The position numbers were made by a program, and so were the translations under genes. From the NCBI GenBank assembly GCA_021161825.1, contig JAGGZW010000130.1, forward strand, positions 1,503 to 65,502: a stretch of 64,000 nucleotides of DNA, read 5' to 3'. Shown in pieces: positions 30,255 through 40,399 of the stretch (position 1 is the stretch's first letter; each line of letters opens with the position of its first letter). Origin of the DNA: Thermoproteales archaeon. Its GTDB lineage: Archaea; Thermoproteota; Thermoprotei; Thermofilales; B69-G16. Under the pieces are notes generated by a model. That model was not told where the DNA came from. It saw only the letters and a program-made list of their open reading frames with translations, and did not search any database.

Positions 30255-31919
30255 ATGCGTAAAATACTCGTAACAGCCGCATTACCATATGCTAATGGAG
30301 AACTTCATATAGGTCACTTAAAGAGCACATATATTCCAGCAGATATTTATGCCAGGTATCACAGGCTGAAAGGTAATTATGTAGTTTTTGTTTGCGGCTC
30401 TGATCAGCACGGTACGCCTATTGAGATTGCTGCTCGTGAAGCGGGTGTAAAGGTAGAAGATTACGTAGATTATTGGATGAAAAATCATGCAGAAGATTTT
30501 AAGCGTATGAATATAGAATTCGATATTTTCTATAAAACTCACAGTCTTGAAAATATTGAAATGACAAAATTTTTTTTGAAAAAGCTCAAAGAAAACGGAT
30601 TTCTATACAAGAAAAAAGTTCTTCAATTATATTGTAAACATGATGGAATGTACCTTGCCGATAGATATGTAAAAGGAGAATGCCCGTATTGCGGAGAACA
30701 AGACCAATACGGAGATCATTGCGAAGCATGCGGTGCAACATATGAAGCATGGCAATTAAAAAACCCCAAATGTATACTCTGCGGAAACAAGCCAGAAATT
30801 AAGGAGGAAGAACATTATCTTTTCAAGCTCAGCGCGTTCAGTGAAAAACTGAAAATCTGGATCCACAACAACCCCAAATTTCAGAAATCCGTAGTTAAAT
30901 ACGTGTATAATTGGCTCGACAGTCTAAGAGATTGGGATATAACCAGAGAAAACTACTGGGGCATAGAAATGCCATTTGAAGATGTTAAAGGTAAATATGT
31001 CTATGTATGGTTCGACGCGCCTATAGGCTACATTTCTGCGACAATTAAATGGGCTAAAGAAAACAATAGAAACTGGGAGGAATTCTGGAAAAATCGTGAT
31101 GCTGAAGTTATACATTTCATTGGCAAAGATATAATTTATCATCATTATCTCTTTTGGCCAGCAATGCTAATTGGTGTAAATGATAATTTCAATCTGCCCT
31201 CAGCAATGCCTACTAGAGGATTCTTGCTTTTAGAAGGAAGAAAATTTTCCAAGAGTAGAAAATGGTATATATCCATTAAAAGAGCCACGGAAATATTCGA
31301 TCCCGACTACATAAGATTCTACCTGACCCTAATTACACCCTACTCTCTAGAAGATACCGATTTCAAACTGGAAGATTTCAAAAACATAGTAAATAGCGGC
31401 TTAAGCGATACCATTGGTAATCTAATTCATAGAACTTTGACCTTTATAACGAAATATTTCAATTCTAGAATCCCCCAGCCAGGAGAATACGACTCTCTAG
31501 ACAAAAAAATGATAACAAAGCTCAGGCAAACTCCAACTATTGTTGGCAAATTTATAGAAGAATTTAGATTAAAAACTGGTCTTGAAGAAATTTTAGGTTT
31601 AGCTCGTGAAACAAACAAATATTTTAACACTAAAGAGCCTTGGAAGTACGTGAAAAAGGAAAGAGAAAAAGCTGCTACTACATTATTTATTACTGCAAAT
31701 ATTGTTGCTTCACTTTCAGTTTTACTCTCACCTTATACTCCAAAAATAGCTGAACGAATAAAGAAAGTACTTAATTTAGAAAAAACTCTACAATGGGACG
31801 AGTCTGGAACATTTATTCTGCCGCCAGGTCACGCTATTGGAAAAATCGAAATAATTGCTCCTAAGATAACCGATGAACAAATTCAGAAACTTAGAGAGAA
31901 ACTAGGGATTCGCCAATAA
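30255..31919 (+). CDS. metG: methionyl-tRNA synthetase (core enzyme without C-terminal appended domain)
   Basis: PYANGELHIGH, Zn knuckles CPYCG...CEACG, KFSKSR. Confidence 0.95.
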   Translation: MRKILVTAALPYANGELHIGHLKSTYIPADIYARYHRLKGNYVVFVCGSDQHGTPIEIAAREAGVKVEDYVDYWMKNHAEDFKRMNIEFDIFYKTHSLENIEMTKFFLKKLKENGFLYKKKVLQLYCKHDGMYLADRYVKGECPYCGEQDQYGDHCEACGATYEAWQLKNPKCILCGNKPEIKEEEHYLFKLSAFSEKLKIWIHNNPKFQKSVVKYVYNWLDSLRDWDITRENYWGIEMPFEDVKGKYVYVWFDAPIGYISATIKWAKENNRNWEEFWKNRDAEVIHFIGKDIIYHHYLFWPAMLIGVNDNFNLPSAMPTRGFLLLEGRKFSKSRKWYISIKRATEIFDPDYIRFYLTLITPYSLEDTDFKLEDFKNIVNSGLSDTIGNLIHRTLTFITKYFNSRIPQPGEYDSLDKKMITKLRQTPTIVGKFIEEFRLKTGLEEILGLARETNKYFNTKEPWKYVKKEREKAATTLFITANIVASLSVLLSPYTPKIAERIKKVLNLEKTLQWDESGTFILPPGHAIGKIEIIAPKITDEQIQKLREKLGIRQ

Positions 31920-33185
31920 GAAAAATGGCGTTGCCGATATAATTTTTAACATTTTTATGTCGCCAAGTGCTACTTTTTGGTTTTTCCTCGGTATAACAAC
32001 GGGTTTATAGTTTAGAGTGCGCCCAAGTAATGTCGAATTATAACCAAAGGAATTAATCAATACCTTTTCTATTTCTCCCACATGTTTCAGATTTCTTTCC
32101 ATTGCCAATTTGTTGGCAATTTCTGTAACTTTTTTACTTCTTTTTTTCTTTATCGATTCTTGGACTTGTTTCATTTTGGCGGCCGGAGTAAATGGTCTTA
32201 TGGTATATCTAGCAACATGCGTCTTATCTGGCTTTATTTCCTCCAGAACTTCAATTGTATGATTGAAGTCTTCTTCCGTCTCACCTGGAAATCCAACGAT
32301 AATATCCGTGGCTATATTTAATTGAGGAAATACTTTTCTAAACTTGCTTACTATTTCGATATAATCCTCTACTGAATACTTTCTTTGCATGAGTTTCAAG
32401 ACTTTATTACTGCCTGATTGAAGAGGTAAATGAAGATATTTGAATACTCTCTCATCTTTGTAAATCTTTATTAATTCATCTAAGTATTTTAGCGTTAGAC
32501 TTGGCTCTAACATTCCAATTCTTATAAAATATTCTCCATCGACCTCGTCTAAGATTCTTTTTATTAATTCCGGCAATGTAGTACCAATATCAAGCCCATA
32601 ACATATTACGTCTTGTCCTGTAATGCATATTTCCTTAGCACCATTCTGAACCGCGTCTTTTACCCTCTCTACGATCATGTCTGGAGCATAGCTGTGCAAT
32701 CTGCCTCTTGCTATCGGTTCTATGCAAAATGCACAATTTCCCAAGCAACCAGTTTGCACTGGAACAATGTACTGTATTCCTTTCTTATTATATTTTGGAA
32801 GTATGCTTCTTTCCCAGCAGTATCGCCTAACAAGATATTTTTTACGATCCGAGTTTATGATTTTCCATATATTCTCGATAGCTCCTGGTTCGATTAAACT
32901 TGCAAATGGAGCTATACGAGTAATAGATGCTGGTCGGACATTAACCAGACAACCCATTACAATAAATTTCAAGTTTCTAGCGCTGCAATAGTCACTTAAT
33001 TCTTTGATGCGTGTTAACATCTTACGTTCAGTATCTCCTCTAATAGCACAAGTGTTCAAAATAACTACATCTGCGCTTGCAATATCGTCAACTATTACTC
33101 CTCCATTATCCCTAATGATAGTTTCGACTATGGAACTTTCCCCTTTGTTTAACCAGCAACCATATGTTTCAATATAGACCTTCAT
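31902..33185 (-). CDS. MiaB-like tRNA methylthiotransferase (archaeal/eukaryotic CDKAL1-type)
   Basis: UPF0004 N-domain (YIETYGCWLNKGES), radical SAM CLGNCAFC, C-terminal TRAM-like domain. Overlaps the metG 3' end by 18 nt. Confidence 0.8.
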   Translation of the reverse strand: MKVYIETYGCWLNKGESSIVETIIRDNGGVIVDDIASADVVILNTCAIRGDTERKMLTRIKELSDYCSARNLKFIVMGCLVNVRPASITRIAPFASLIEPGAIENIWKIINSDRKKYLVRRYCWERSILPKYNKKGIQYIVPVQTGCLGNCAFCIEPIARGRLHSYAPDMIVERVKDAVQNGAKEICITGQDVICYGLDIGTTLPELIKRILDEVDGEYFIRIGMLEPSLTLKYLDELIKIYKDERVFKYLHLPLQSGSNKVLKLMQRKYSVEDYIEIVSKFRKVFPQLNIATDIIVGFPGETEEDFNHTIEVLEEIKPDKTHVARYTIRPFTPAAKMKQVQESIKKKRSKKVTEIANKLAMERNLKHVGEIEKVLINSFGYNSTLLGRTLNYKPVVIPRKNQKVALGDIKMLKIISATPFFLLANP

Positions 33186-33226
33186 ACCTTCTGAAAAGAC
33201 CTGTTTTTAGTTATATTAAGATTTAA

Positions 33227-33333
<107 letters not shown>

Positions 33334-33413
33334 TGTATCCATAATAGATTAAAATTGTTGTTTTTAAAAGTTTTGCTCATGAAGTAAACTTTCATGAGAT
33401 TAATATGTGAGAA

Positions 33414-35114
33414 CTAAATTTTCAAAAAGTTTAATGCTTTTTTATTGGATAATATTTTTTCAAGCAATTCAATGTTTTTTACTGGTCGATTAAGTAGTAT
33501 TTTTTGGATATCACTTCTGCTTAAGTAAGGAACATGCAACAATAGGCGTCGTGAAGCTGTATTTACATTAAGCGGGTAGGGTATAGCGGTTACAGATCTG
33601 TAACCATGATCAACAACTATGACATCCAATTTCTTTTTTAAGGGTAAAATATCTGGTATATAAACAAGTAAGGGATAGGATCCACATTGTCGCGCAAGAG
33701 TGTTCTTTCCTTCATATGTTTCAGTGTATAAGTTGCGTAAAATTGTGCCTGCTGGAACGACTCTTTTTAGCATTGGTAGGTCAATCAGCTTTCTAACTTT
33801 CTCTTTGAATTTTTTAAAGTATTTTTTGTTGTTTCTAATTATCTTATCTCCTACTAACCACATTCTAGTATTAGGCAAAGGCAAAACTTGTCTAAGATTT
33901 ATCCGCCTAACCATTAAGCCTGAAGATAGAATTTTTTTCAAAAATTCAAAATTTGATTTATAAGTTTCAAGGGTTTCTCCTATAAGCCCAGCGACAAAGT
34001 TTAAACCTGGAAGAAGTTCTGGAAGCCCATTCCATCCTCTTTTGGCTCCATATTCATTTATCAATTTTATTGCTTCAAAAGCTTCTTCAGGCATAACTTT
34101 GAGTCTGTTTAATTTAATAACTTTTGGATCTGCACTTTCAATACCCATAGCAGCCACATCTCCAGGCGTGTGGTATTTTATCAATGTCTTGGTTATTTCA
34201 ATGGCTTCTTTCTTATGATGATATACTGTTCCAGGATTTACGTTATCAATATGTAAAGTCTCTATTTTTGGCGCTACTGCTCTAATGCCCTTAAGTAATG
34301 TTTTAATAGCTTGTGGATTTGGCTTAGGAAATTCGGTTTCATTTGCATCTTTAGCCATGTAAATAAAAAAGTCGGGCTGTCTTCCAAGTCTAAAGTGCCT
34401 AACTCCATACTTATATAAGATTTCTATTTCACGAATTATTTCGTTAATTGAACGAAACATAACTTTACCATATTGTGGTTCTATGCAAAAACTACAACCT
34501 CCTACAATATGTCTAGGGCACCCCCTAAAAGTTTCTATTTCAACCGTCAGGTTATAGTTGTAGTTGGGATGCTGGGTTACTATTCTGGCACCTTTCTCAG
34601 CAAATTTTGCTATTTCCAGATAATTTGACCTTCTAGCTCGCGGATTGACATGCTCTATTCGCATTTTCTCTTTCACAAGCTCATAGACTACGATTTCTAA
34701 ATCTCCCTCAACTACTACATCAAAATAGTCTTTGAAAACATGAGGGGATATTGCTATGCGTCCACCTTCTTCTCCCATACCAAAGCGAGCTACAGGTCCA
34801 CCTAGTATCTTTACCGGTTTTTCTAAAAGCTTACTCCAAAGCAGAAGTTCTTCTTTTCTTATAGGTTCACCGCCTAAATACTTGCCTGGAACCACGACTC
34901 CGGCTATGAAAACAACCATATCTGCTTTACCAGCATTCTTTAGAAAAACATCCACGTTTCTTCTAACTTCGTCAACTGTAAAGTATAAGATGTCCGCTTG
35001 AGGTTTTAAACACCATATAGCTCCGGCAACATACCTTGGATAGACATCCAAATAAGGGGGGACGCCCAAACCTGCCGGTTCATCAACGTATCCATCTAAT
35101 ATTACAACTTTCAT
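33414..35114 (-). CDS. radical SAM domain protein with N-terminal B12-binding-like domain and C-terminal helix-hairpin-helix
   Basis: FRGCPRHIVGGCSFC cluster motif, TIM-barrel-like core, and C-terminal LNVNTASRRLLLHVPYLSRSDIQKIL (HhH). Confidence 0.65.
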   Translation of the reverse strand: MKVVILDGYVDEPAGLGVPPYLDVYPRYVAGAIWCLKPQADILYFTVDEVRRNVDVFLKNAGKADMVVFIAGVVVPGKYLGGEPIRKEELLLWSKLLEKPVKILGGPVARFGMGEEGGRIAISPHVFKDYFDVVVEGDLEIVVYELVKEKMRIEHVNPRARRSNYLEIAKFAEKGARIVTQHPNYNYNLTVEIETFRGCPRHIVGGCSFCIEPQYGKVMFRSINEIIREIEILYKYGVRHFRLGRQPDFFIYMAKDANETEFPKPNPQAIKTLLKGIRAVAPKIETLHIDNVNPGTVYHHKKEAIEITKTLIKYHTPGDVAAMGIESADPKVIKLNRLKVMPEEAFEAIKLINEYGAKRGWNGLPELLPGLNFVAGLIGETLETYKSNFEFLKKILSSGLMVRRINLRQVLPLPNTRMWLVGDKIIRNNKKYFKKFKEKVRKLIDLPMLKRVVPAGTILRNLYTETYEGKNTLARQCGSYPLLVYIPDILPLKKKLDVIVVDHGYRSVTAIPYPLNVNTASRRLLLHVPYLSRSDIQKILLNRPVKNIELLEKILSNKKALNFLKI

Positions 35115-35122
35115 ACGTTACC

Positions 35123-36106
35123 CTACGATTTTCTAAAATGGTTCCAGCCAAGTGGTTTTATAGGAAATATTTCGTTTTTTACTTTCATATAAACTCCTTT
35201 ACCCTTCTCCACATAACCTATAATCTGAACATTCACATTGCAGGCTTTCGCTAATTTAAAGACATCATCGATTTTTTCATGATCAACAGCATATACTGAA
35301 ATATATTCCTCTCCACCCTCATATAATACTGTCTTAAGGGGGTTCAATCCCCATGTTAACAGCTGAGTTTTAGCATCTTCAGCAATAGGCATATTTTCCA
35401 CTATAATTTTCACGTTGCTTGAGTTTGCCATTTCGTGTAGGGTCCATGCGAGACCGTCGCTAGAGTCGATACCTGAATATGCCAGCTTTTTTCCCAATAG
35501 TTCTACCCCGAATTTTAATGAGACCTCTGGGTAAAAAACCGAGCGAAAGATTTTGTCTAAGAGCGCATCATTTTTTATAGTAAAATTCTCAAGTAGGACT
35601 TTATAAGCTAAAGATGTATAGCCAAAAAATCCGGTCGCGATCAATAAATTCCCTGGCTTTGCGCCGCTTCGACTTAGAACTTTCTTTGAAAAACCTACAA
35701 GCATGGGCGCTATGATTATTTCTTTTGCCTCGCTTACATCTCCACCCCAAACATATATGTTATACCTTTTACATGCTTTAGACACACCCTCATACAACTC
35801 CTTTACCGCCTTAATACTCGTGTTTTTGGGTAAACCTAGGGCTATAACGCCTCCTAAAGGTTTTACGCCTTTAGCTGCAAAATCGCTGATATTCATGACG
35901 ACTGCTTTCCAACCCATACTTGAAAAAGGCATTCCCGGCAATCTATCAGTGGATTCTACGAACATGTCGGTTTTTGTTATTAGTAGCTTTCCATCAATAT
36001 TAGTAGCTGAAACGTCGTCATAACCCAGTATTTCTCTCGGATCATTCTCTAAGATTTTAAGCAATTGCCTTATCAAGGAGAATTCGCCGATTTCGCTAAC
36101 GCTCAT
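35123..36106 (-). CDS. thiL: thiamine-monophosphate kinase / AIR-synthase-related protein
   Basis: GYDDVSAT...LLITKTDMFVESTD and GGDVS motifs. The ATG at 36106 is preferred because the track ORF (to 36190) runs into the tRNA-Leu gene. Confidence 0.7.
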   Translation of the reverse strand: MSVSEIGEFSLIRQLLKILENDPREILGYDDVSATNIDGKLLITKTDMFVESTDRLPGMPFSSMGWKAVVMNISDFAAKGVKPLGGVIALGLPKNTSIKAVKELYEGVSKACKRYNIYVWGGDVSEAKEIIIAPMLVGFSKKVLSRSGAKPGNLLIATGFFGYTSLAYKVLLENFTIKNDALLDKIFRSVFYPEVSLKFGVELLGKKLAYSGIDSSDGLAWTLHEMANSSNVKIIVENMPIAEDAKTQLLTWGLNPLKTVLYEGGEEYISVYAVDHEKIDDVFKLAKACNVNVQIIGYVEKGKGVYMKVKNEIFPIKPLGWNHFRKS

Positions 36107-36138
36107 AAAGCTATCCCAATTTTGAAGTATTATTAAAG

Positions 36139-36239
36139 TGCGGGGGCCGGGATTCGAACCCGGGCAGGGCTTCCCCAGCGGAGTTCCCATCTAATAGATC
36201 CTGAGTCCGCCCCCTTTGACCTAGCTCGGGCACCCCCGC
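36139..36239 (-). tRNA. tRNA-Leu(CAG) with ~16-nt intron
   Basis: Same Leu body. Anticodon arm is GCGGA-CTCAGG[ATCTATTAGATGGGAA]C-TCCGC. Confidence 0.9.
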
Positions 36240-36285
36240 ACCAACATATACGTGGAATAAACCTTAATTTAAATCCTTCTTTACT

Positions 36286-36969
36286 TTAATAGGTTATTTT
36301 TGTTCCGATTTTTTCTCCTTTGATAGCTTTAAGGATATTTGTAGGGGGATTGCCGTTGAGAATTATTGTTGGCATTTTTGATCTTTCTAAAATGTTAATT
36401 GTAAGGTAATCAATTAGCTTATAAGTCCCCGCTTTTACTGGACGATCGCGAAATATTTGCTTTAGTTCGCCTATGCTTACTTTATCCAGTTTTTTTGCTT
36501 GGCTATTCAAATTGGGATCTTCTGTGTATATTCCATCAACGTTTGTAGCTATTATCAACAAATCAGCATTTACAGCTTCGGCTACAATTGCTGCAGTCGT
36601 TGTAGTTGACTGACCCGGCTGCAACCCGCCCATGAATATTACCTTATGAAAACTTAGTAACGCTAGTAATTCTTCTACAGTCTCCGGGATTTTTTTAATG
36701 GATGCATGATTCATCAGTAACGCTAAAAGTAAAGCATTTAATCTTGAAGCTTTGATTCCTAAGATATCACCATAGCATTCATTCTTTAAATTCTCCCTGA
36801 GAACGTCTATGTACACTCGAGAAATAAAGCCGCCTCCTGTGATCACGATCGTTTCATGTTCTTCTTTAATTTTATTAAAAACTCTGAGCAGTTCATGAAT
36901 ATAACTGGCATTCAATATGTTGTTTTTATCTGAAATCAGATGTCCTCCAATCTTTATTACGACTCTCAT
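36286..36969 (-). CDS. pyrH: uridylate kinase (archaeal type)
   Basis: Amino-acid-kinase fold. MRVVIKIGG, ITGGG, GIKASRLNALLLA, ATNVDGIYTEDP. Confidence 0.75.
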   Translation of the reverse strand: MRVVIKIGGHLISDKNNILNASYIHELLRVFNKIKEEHETIVITGGGFISRVYIDVLRENLKNECYGDILGIKASRLNALLLALLMNHASIKKIPETVEELLALLSFHKVIFMGGLQPGQSTTTTAAIVAEAVNADLLIIATNVDGIYTEDPNLNSQAKKLDKVSIGELKQIFRDRPVKAGTYKLIDYLTINILERSKMPTIILNGNPPTNILKAIKGEKIGTKITY

Positions 36970-37086
36970 ATTACTCGCCCTCTGCTAATAATTTATAAAA
37001 GAGACTCTTATAAATAACAAAGGCTAATGAAAGCCAAGCTTTAAAATAATCGTAAATCTAACAGAGATTAAAGATTTGGTGTTAAA

Positions 37087-38307
37087 ATGAAAAGCAGAAA
37101 AATAGATCGATTCAGAATTGAAATGCTGATAAGAGAGCTAAAATCTAAGCGGGGTAGGGGTACAGAGCTTATATCATTGTATATTCCAGCCGGTAGACCA
37201 ATCGGAGAGGTTATGAGCGTATTAAGAGATGAGTATTCCACAGCTACGAATATAAAAGATAGAACTACAAGACACCATGTTCTGGAAGCCCTTACTTCTA
37301 TTATGCAAAGACTTAAATTATTTCGTGCCACTCCGCCAAATGGCTTGATCATCTTTGCAGGATATGTGGCTGGCAGTGCTCCAGGCGATGAAAAAATGGA
37401 AATTCATGTTCTAGAACCTCCACAAACTTTGAGAACATGGCTTTATAGATGTGATTCAAGATTTCATACTGATATTTTAGAAGATATGATCGCCGTAAAG
37501 GAAACTTATGGCCTGATAGCTTTAGATAGAGGAGAGGCTGCCTTTGGTGTTTTACGGGGAAAGTTCTTGGACGTTGTTGAAGAAATTACGTCCGGAATAC
37601 CTGGTAAGCATAGAGCGGGTGGTCAATCCGCTAGACGTTTTGAACGTATACATAATCAACTTGTGCACGAGTTTTACAAAAGAATCGGTGAACATGCAAA
37701 TAGGATTTTTCTTCCTATAGAAGATCTTAAAGGTATAATTGTAGGAGGCCCAGGCCCTGCAAAGGATGAGTTCGTAGATGGGGACTATTTGCATTATAAA
37801 CTTAAGGAGAAAATTTTGGGAGTATTTGACATAGGATACAGCGGCGAAGCCGGCATATATGAACTGGCTAATCGCGCAGCCGATCTATTGGAAGACGTAG
37901 AGTACATAAGAGAAAGACAGCTGGTTAACAAGTTTCTATACCATATAGCAAGAGACACAGGCCTCGCAATATATGGCGAAGAAGAAGTAAGAAAATATTT
38001 ACTTATGGGAGCCGTTGATATCTTGCTTTTATCTGAAAAACTTGAAGCCTATAGAGTTACTCTAAAATGTGAAAATTGCGGTTACAAGGAGGAAAAAACT
38101 TTTAAGGAGATACCTAAAAACCCAACGTGCCCAAAATGCGGAGCTTCCTTAATTATAGAACAAACAAAGCTGTTAATTGAAGATTTAATAGAACTAGCTG
38201 AATCTACTGGAACCCGGGTGGAGTTAATCTCTACTGAAACAAGTGAAGGAAAGGAATTATTCAGATCTTTTGGAGGAATCGCCGCTATTTTGAGGTTTAA
38301 AGTTTGA
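37087..38307 (+). CDS. prf1: peptide chain release factor aRF1
   Basis: NIKD (NIKS-type) codon-recognition motif and GGQSARRF. A CxxC...CxxC knuckle (CENCG...CPKCG) is inserted in the C-domain. Confidence 0.9.
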   Translation: MKSRKIDRFRIEMLIRELKSKRGRGTELISLYIPAGRPIGEVMSVLRDEYSTATNIKDRTTRHHVLEALTSIMQRLKLFRATPPNGLIIFAGYVAGSAPGDEKMEIHVLEPPQTLRTWLYRCDSRFHTDILEDMIAVKETYGLIALDRGEAAFGVLRGKFLDVVEEITSGIPGKHRAGGQSARRFERIHNQLVHEFYKRIGEHANRIFLPIEDLKGIIVGGPGPAKDEFVDGDYLHYKLKEKILGVFDIGYSGEAGIYELANRAADLLEDVEYIRERQLVNKFLYHIARDTGLAIYGEEEVRKYLLMGAVDILLLSEKLEAYRVTLKCENCGYKEEKTFKEIPKNPTCPKCGASLIIEQTKLLIEDLIELAESTGTRVELISTETSEGKELFRSFGGIAAILRFKV

Positions 38308-38918
38308 AGCTTACTAAAAAACATCTAGAAATTCTGTTGAGCAAAATCCCCTTTTTGAAATATCCAAAGATAAAACTCGAGCAATATCCTATTTCTGCCG
38401 CGCTAGCTGCGAGAACGTTGTGGATAGCTCACATTACGTATGATGACATACGAAACAAAATTGTGCTGGATTTGGGTGCTGGGAGTGGAAGATTAGCAAT
38501 CGGTGCTAGTTTATTAGACGCTGAATATGTCATCGGTATAGACATAGATTTCGATATACTAAAACTGTTCAAGGATTGCGTCGATAAATTTGAATTATCA
38601 AATATTGACATAGTTTGTTCGGACGTAGGGTTTATATCTTTCAGAAAAAAAGCTGATACAATTCTACAAAACCCTCCTTTTGGAGTATACAAACCTGGTT
38701 TTGACATTTATTTTTTAGAAAACGCCATTAGATTGGGTAAAACCGTTTACTCTATACATAAGCTGGAAACTAGAGAATATGTGATCGATTTTTTAAAAAA
38801 TCTTAATTTGGACACTAAGCTTTTATTTTATGATATCATAGAAATACCGCCGATATATCCTAAACATAGGGAAAAATGGCATCCAGTAAGAGTATTTGTT
38901 GTGAGGGTTAGCACATGA
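38304..38918 (+). CDS. N6-adenine-type RNA methyltransferase (METTL5/COG2263-like)
   Basis: SAM motif LDLGAGSGRL and NPPFG catalytic motif. 4-nt overlap with the aRF1 stop. Confidence 0.7.
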   Translation: MKLTKKHLEILLSKIPFLKYPKIKLEQYPISAALAARTLWIAHITYDDIRNKIVLDLGAGSGRLAIGASLLDAEYVIGIDIDFDILKLFKDCVDKFELSNIDIVCSDVGFISFRKKADTILQNPPFGVYKPGFDIYFLENAIRLGKTVYSIHKLETREYVIDFLKNLNLDTKLLFYDIIEIPPIYPKHREKWHPVRVFVVRVST

Positions 38919-39475
38919 TTAAGAAAAAAATCGTAACGCCAGGAGAGGAAATCGCTGTAATAGAGGAGTTTATGGGAAGCAGAAACACTTACATAATAGA
39001 TGGCAGAATAATTTCTAAGGTAGTTGGGCTTGCAAAATTCGATTTCGAGGAAAGAATTGCAGAGATATCTCCTTTTAAAATTCCCGTACTACCTAGGAAA
39101 AATGATATCGTGTATGCGCAGGTGTTCAAGCTAAAAGATAATGTAGCAAGTTTAGATGTTTTCTTCGTAGAAAAACATAACAAATATTTTTTCCCCGCAC
39201 TTTCAGCAACATTACACGTAATGAATGTAAGCACAAGCTACATAAAAACTCTTTACGATGTACTTGGCTATGGAGATATTGTAAGAGCAAAAATTTTGGT
39301 TGGTAATAATCCTCCTTATATTTTATCGTTAAAGGGAAGAGATTTTGGCGTAGTATACTCGAATTGTCCTTACTGCATGACTCCTCTAAAAAGAAAGGGG
39401 TTAAGTTTATTTTGTACAAAGTGTAGGCGAACAATAAAACGAAAAATTTCAATGAGCCATTATATTTTAACTTAG
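38915..39475 (+). CDS. csl4: exosome RNA-binding subunit Csl4
   Basis: N-terminal PGEEIAVIEEF, S1-like centre, C-terminal zinc ribbon CPYC...CTKC. Confidence 0.75.
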   Translation: MIKKKIVTPGEEIAVIEEFMGSRNTYIIDGRIISKVVGLAKFDFEERIAEISPFKIPVLPRKNDIVYAQVFKLKDNVASLDVFFVEKHNKYFFPALSATLHVMNVSTSYIKTLYDVLGYGDIVRAKILVGNNPPYILSLKGRDFGVVYSNCPYCMTPLKRKGLSLFCTKCRRTIKRKISMSHYILT

Positions 39476-39483
39476 GAGATTAC

Positions 39484-40128
39484 ATGACTACTAGACATGT
39501 TTTCTTCTCTTTTAAGAATTCAAGCGAGGCAGTTAACTTTGTAAGCTATATCCAAAGTAAAATGCGAGGGAAAAACATAAACATTAGTGTTAAAGGGAAA
39601 AAAGTTAAAATTACATTGAGAGCTAGTAAGCAAGATCTTTCGCTACTTATGGCAATGATAAAAAACGAATATAAAAACTGGAAATTATCAACTCATGGCA
39701 CGAAAACAGGATTTTATAAACATTCTATACCTAGAATTCTCCATGATGCAAAGTTAAAAACTAGTATACCAATCAACTCCATTATTGATGTGTTGACACT
39801 TCTGGGATATCCAGCTCGTATAGAAAGCGGATATATAGTAACCACAATGAATTTTGAAAATGTAATTAAAATTACTGAGAAAATCTCGGAAAAATACAGA
39901 GAATTATTAGAAAATGCTAAATATGCTCCCATGGCTAGGCGGCTACTGGCTGTAGTATTATCTACCTTTAACTGGAATGATATTAATCAGACCACCGAAA
40001 AATTAATCAATATGGATATTTTATCCATCGATAGTAGAACTTCAAAAATAACATTATCTGTAGCTTATGAAAAAGCTCTTGAAAAAATTAAGGAGATGGT
40101 AAAAACTCATGGAAATACACGTGATTAG
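39484..40128 (+). CDS. conserved hypothetical protein between csl4 and rpoL
   Basis: 214-aa ORF with good coding look and no motif that I recognise. Its position in the Csl4-RpoL cluster suggests co-expression. Confidence 0.45.
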   Translation: MTTRHVFFSFKNSSEAVNFVSYIQSKMRGKNINISVKGKKVKITLRASKQDLSLLMAMIKNEYKNWKLSTHGTKTGFYKHSIPRILHDAKLKTSIPINSIIDVLTLLGYPARIESGYIVTTMNFENVIKITEKISEKYRELLENAKYAPMARRLLAVVLSTFNWNDINQTTEKLINMDILSIDSRTSKITLSVAYEKALEKIKEMVKTHGNTRD

Positions 40129-40399
40129 GAAAGAAAAAAATTTACTTGAGTTTGAGTTACCTTCAGAAGATCATACTTTTTGTAACCTTCTAGTTAATAT
40201 GCTTAATAAACATCCCAACGTAAAATTTGCGTCTTACAGGATAGAACACCCTTTGATCAGAATCCCGAGGGTTTATGTCGAAACAGATAGTAACAAAAAC
40301 CCCGAAGAAGTTCTTATCGAAATTTCCGAAAAAATAGTAAAAATTTATGATGATATTAAGAAAAAATTTATTGCTGCATTAAATGAAAGAAAGAGATAA
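40109..40399 (+). CDS. rpoL: DNA-directed RNA polymerase subunit L (Rpo11)
   Basis: LEFELPSEDHTFCNLLVNMLNKHPNVKFASYRIEHPL is the typical Rpo11/RpoL signature. Confidence 0.85.
   Translation: MEIHVIRKEKNLLEFELPSEDHTFCNLLVNMLNKHPNVKFASYRIEHPLIRIPRVYVETDSNKNPEEVLIEISEKIVKIYDDIKKKFIAALNERKR

Noticed and set aside
36107-36190. N-terminal extension of the ThiL-like ORF (MGTPLGKPCPGSNPGPRT...)
   Set aside because: It runs through the tRNA-Leu(CAG) gene. The ATG at 36106 gives a normal ThiL N-terminus.
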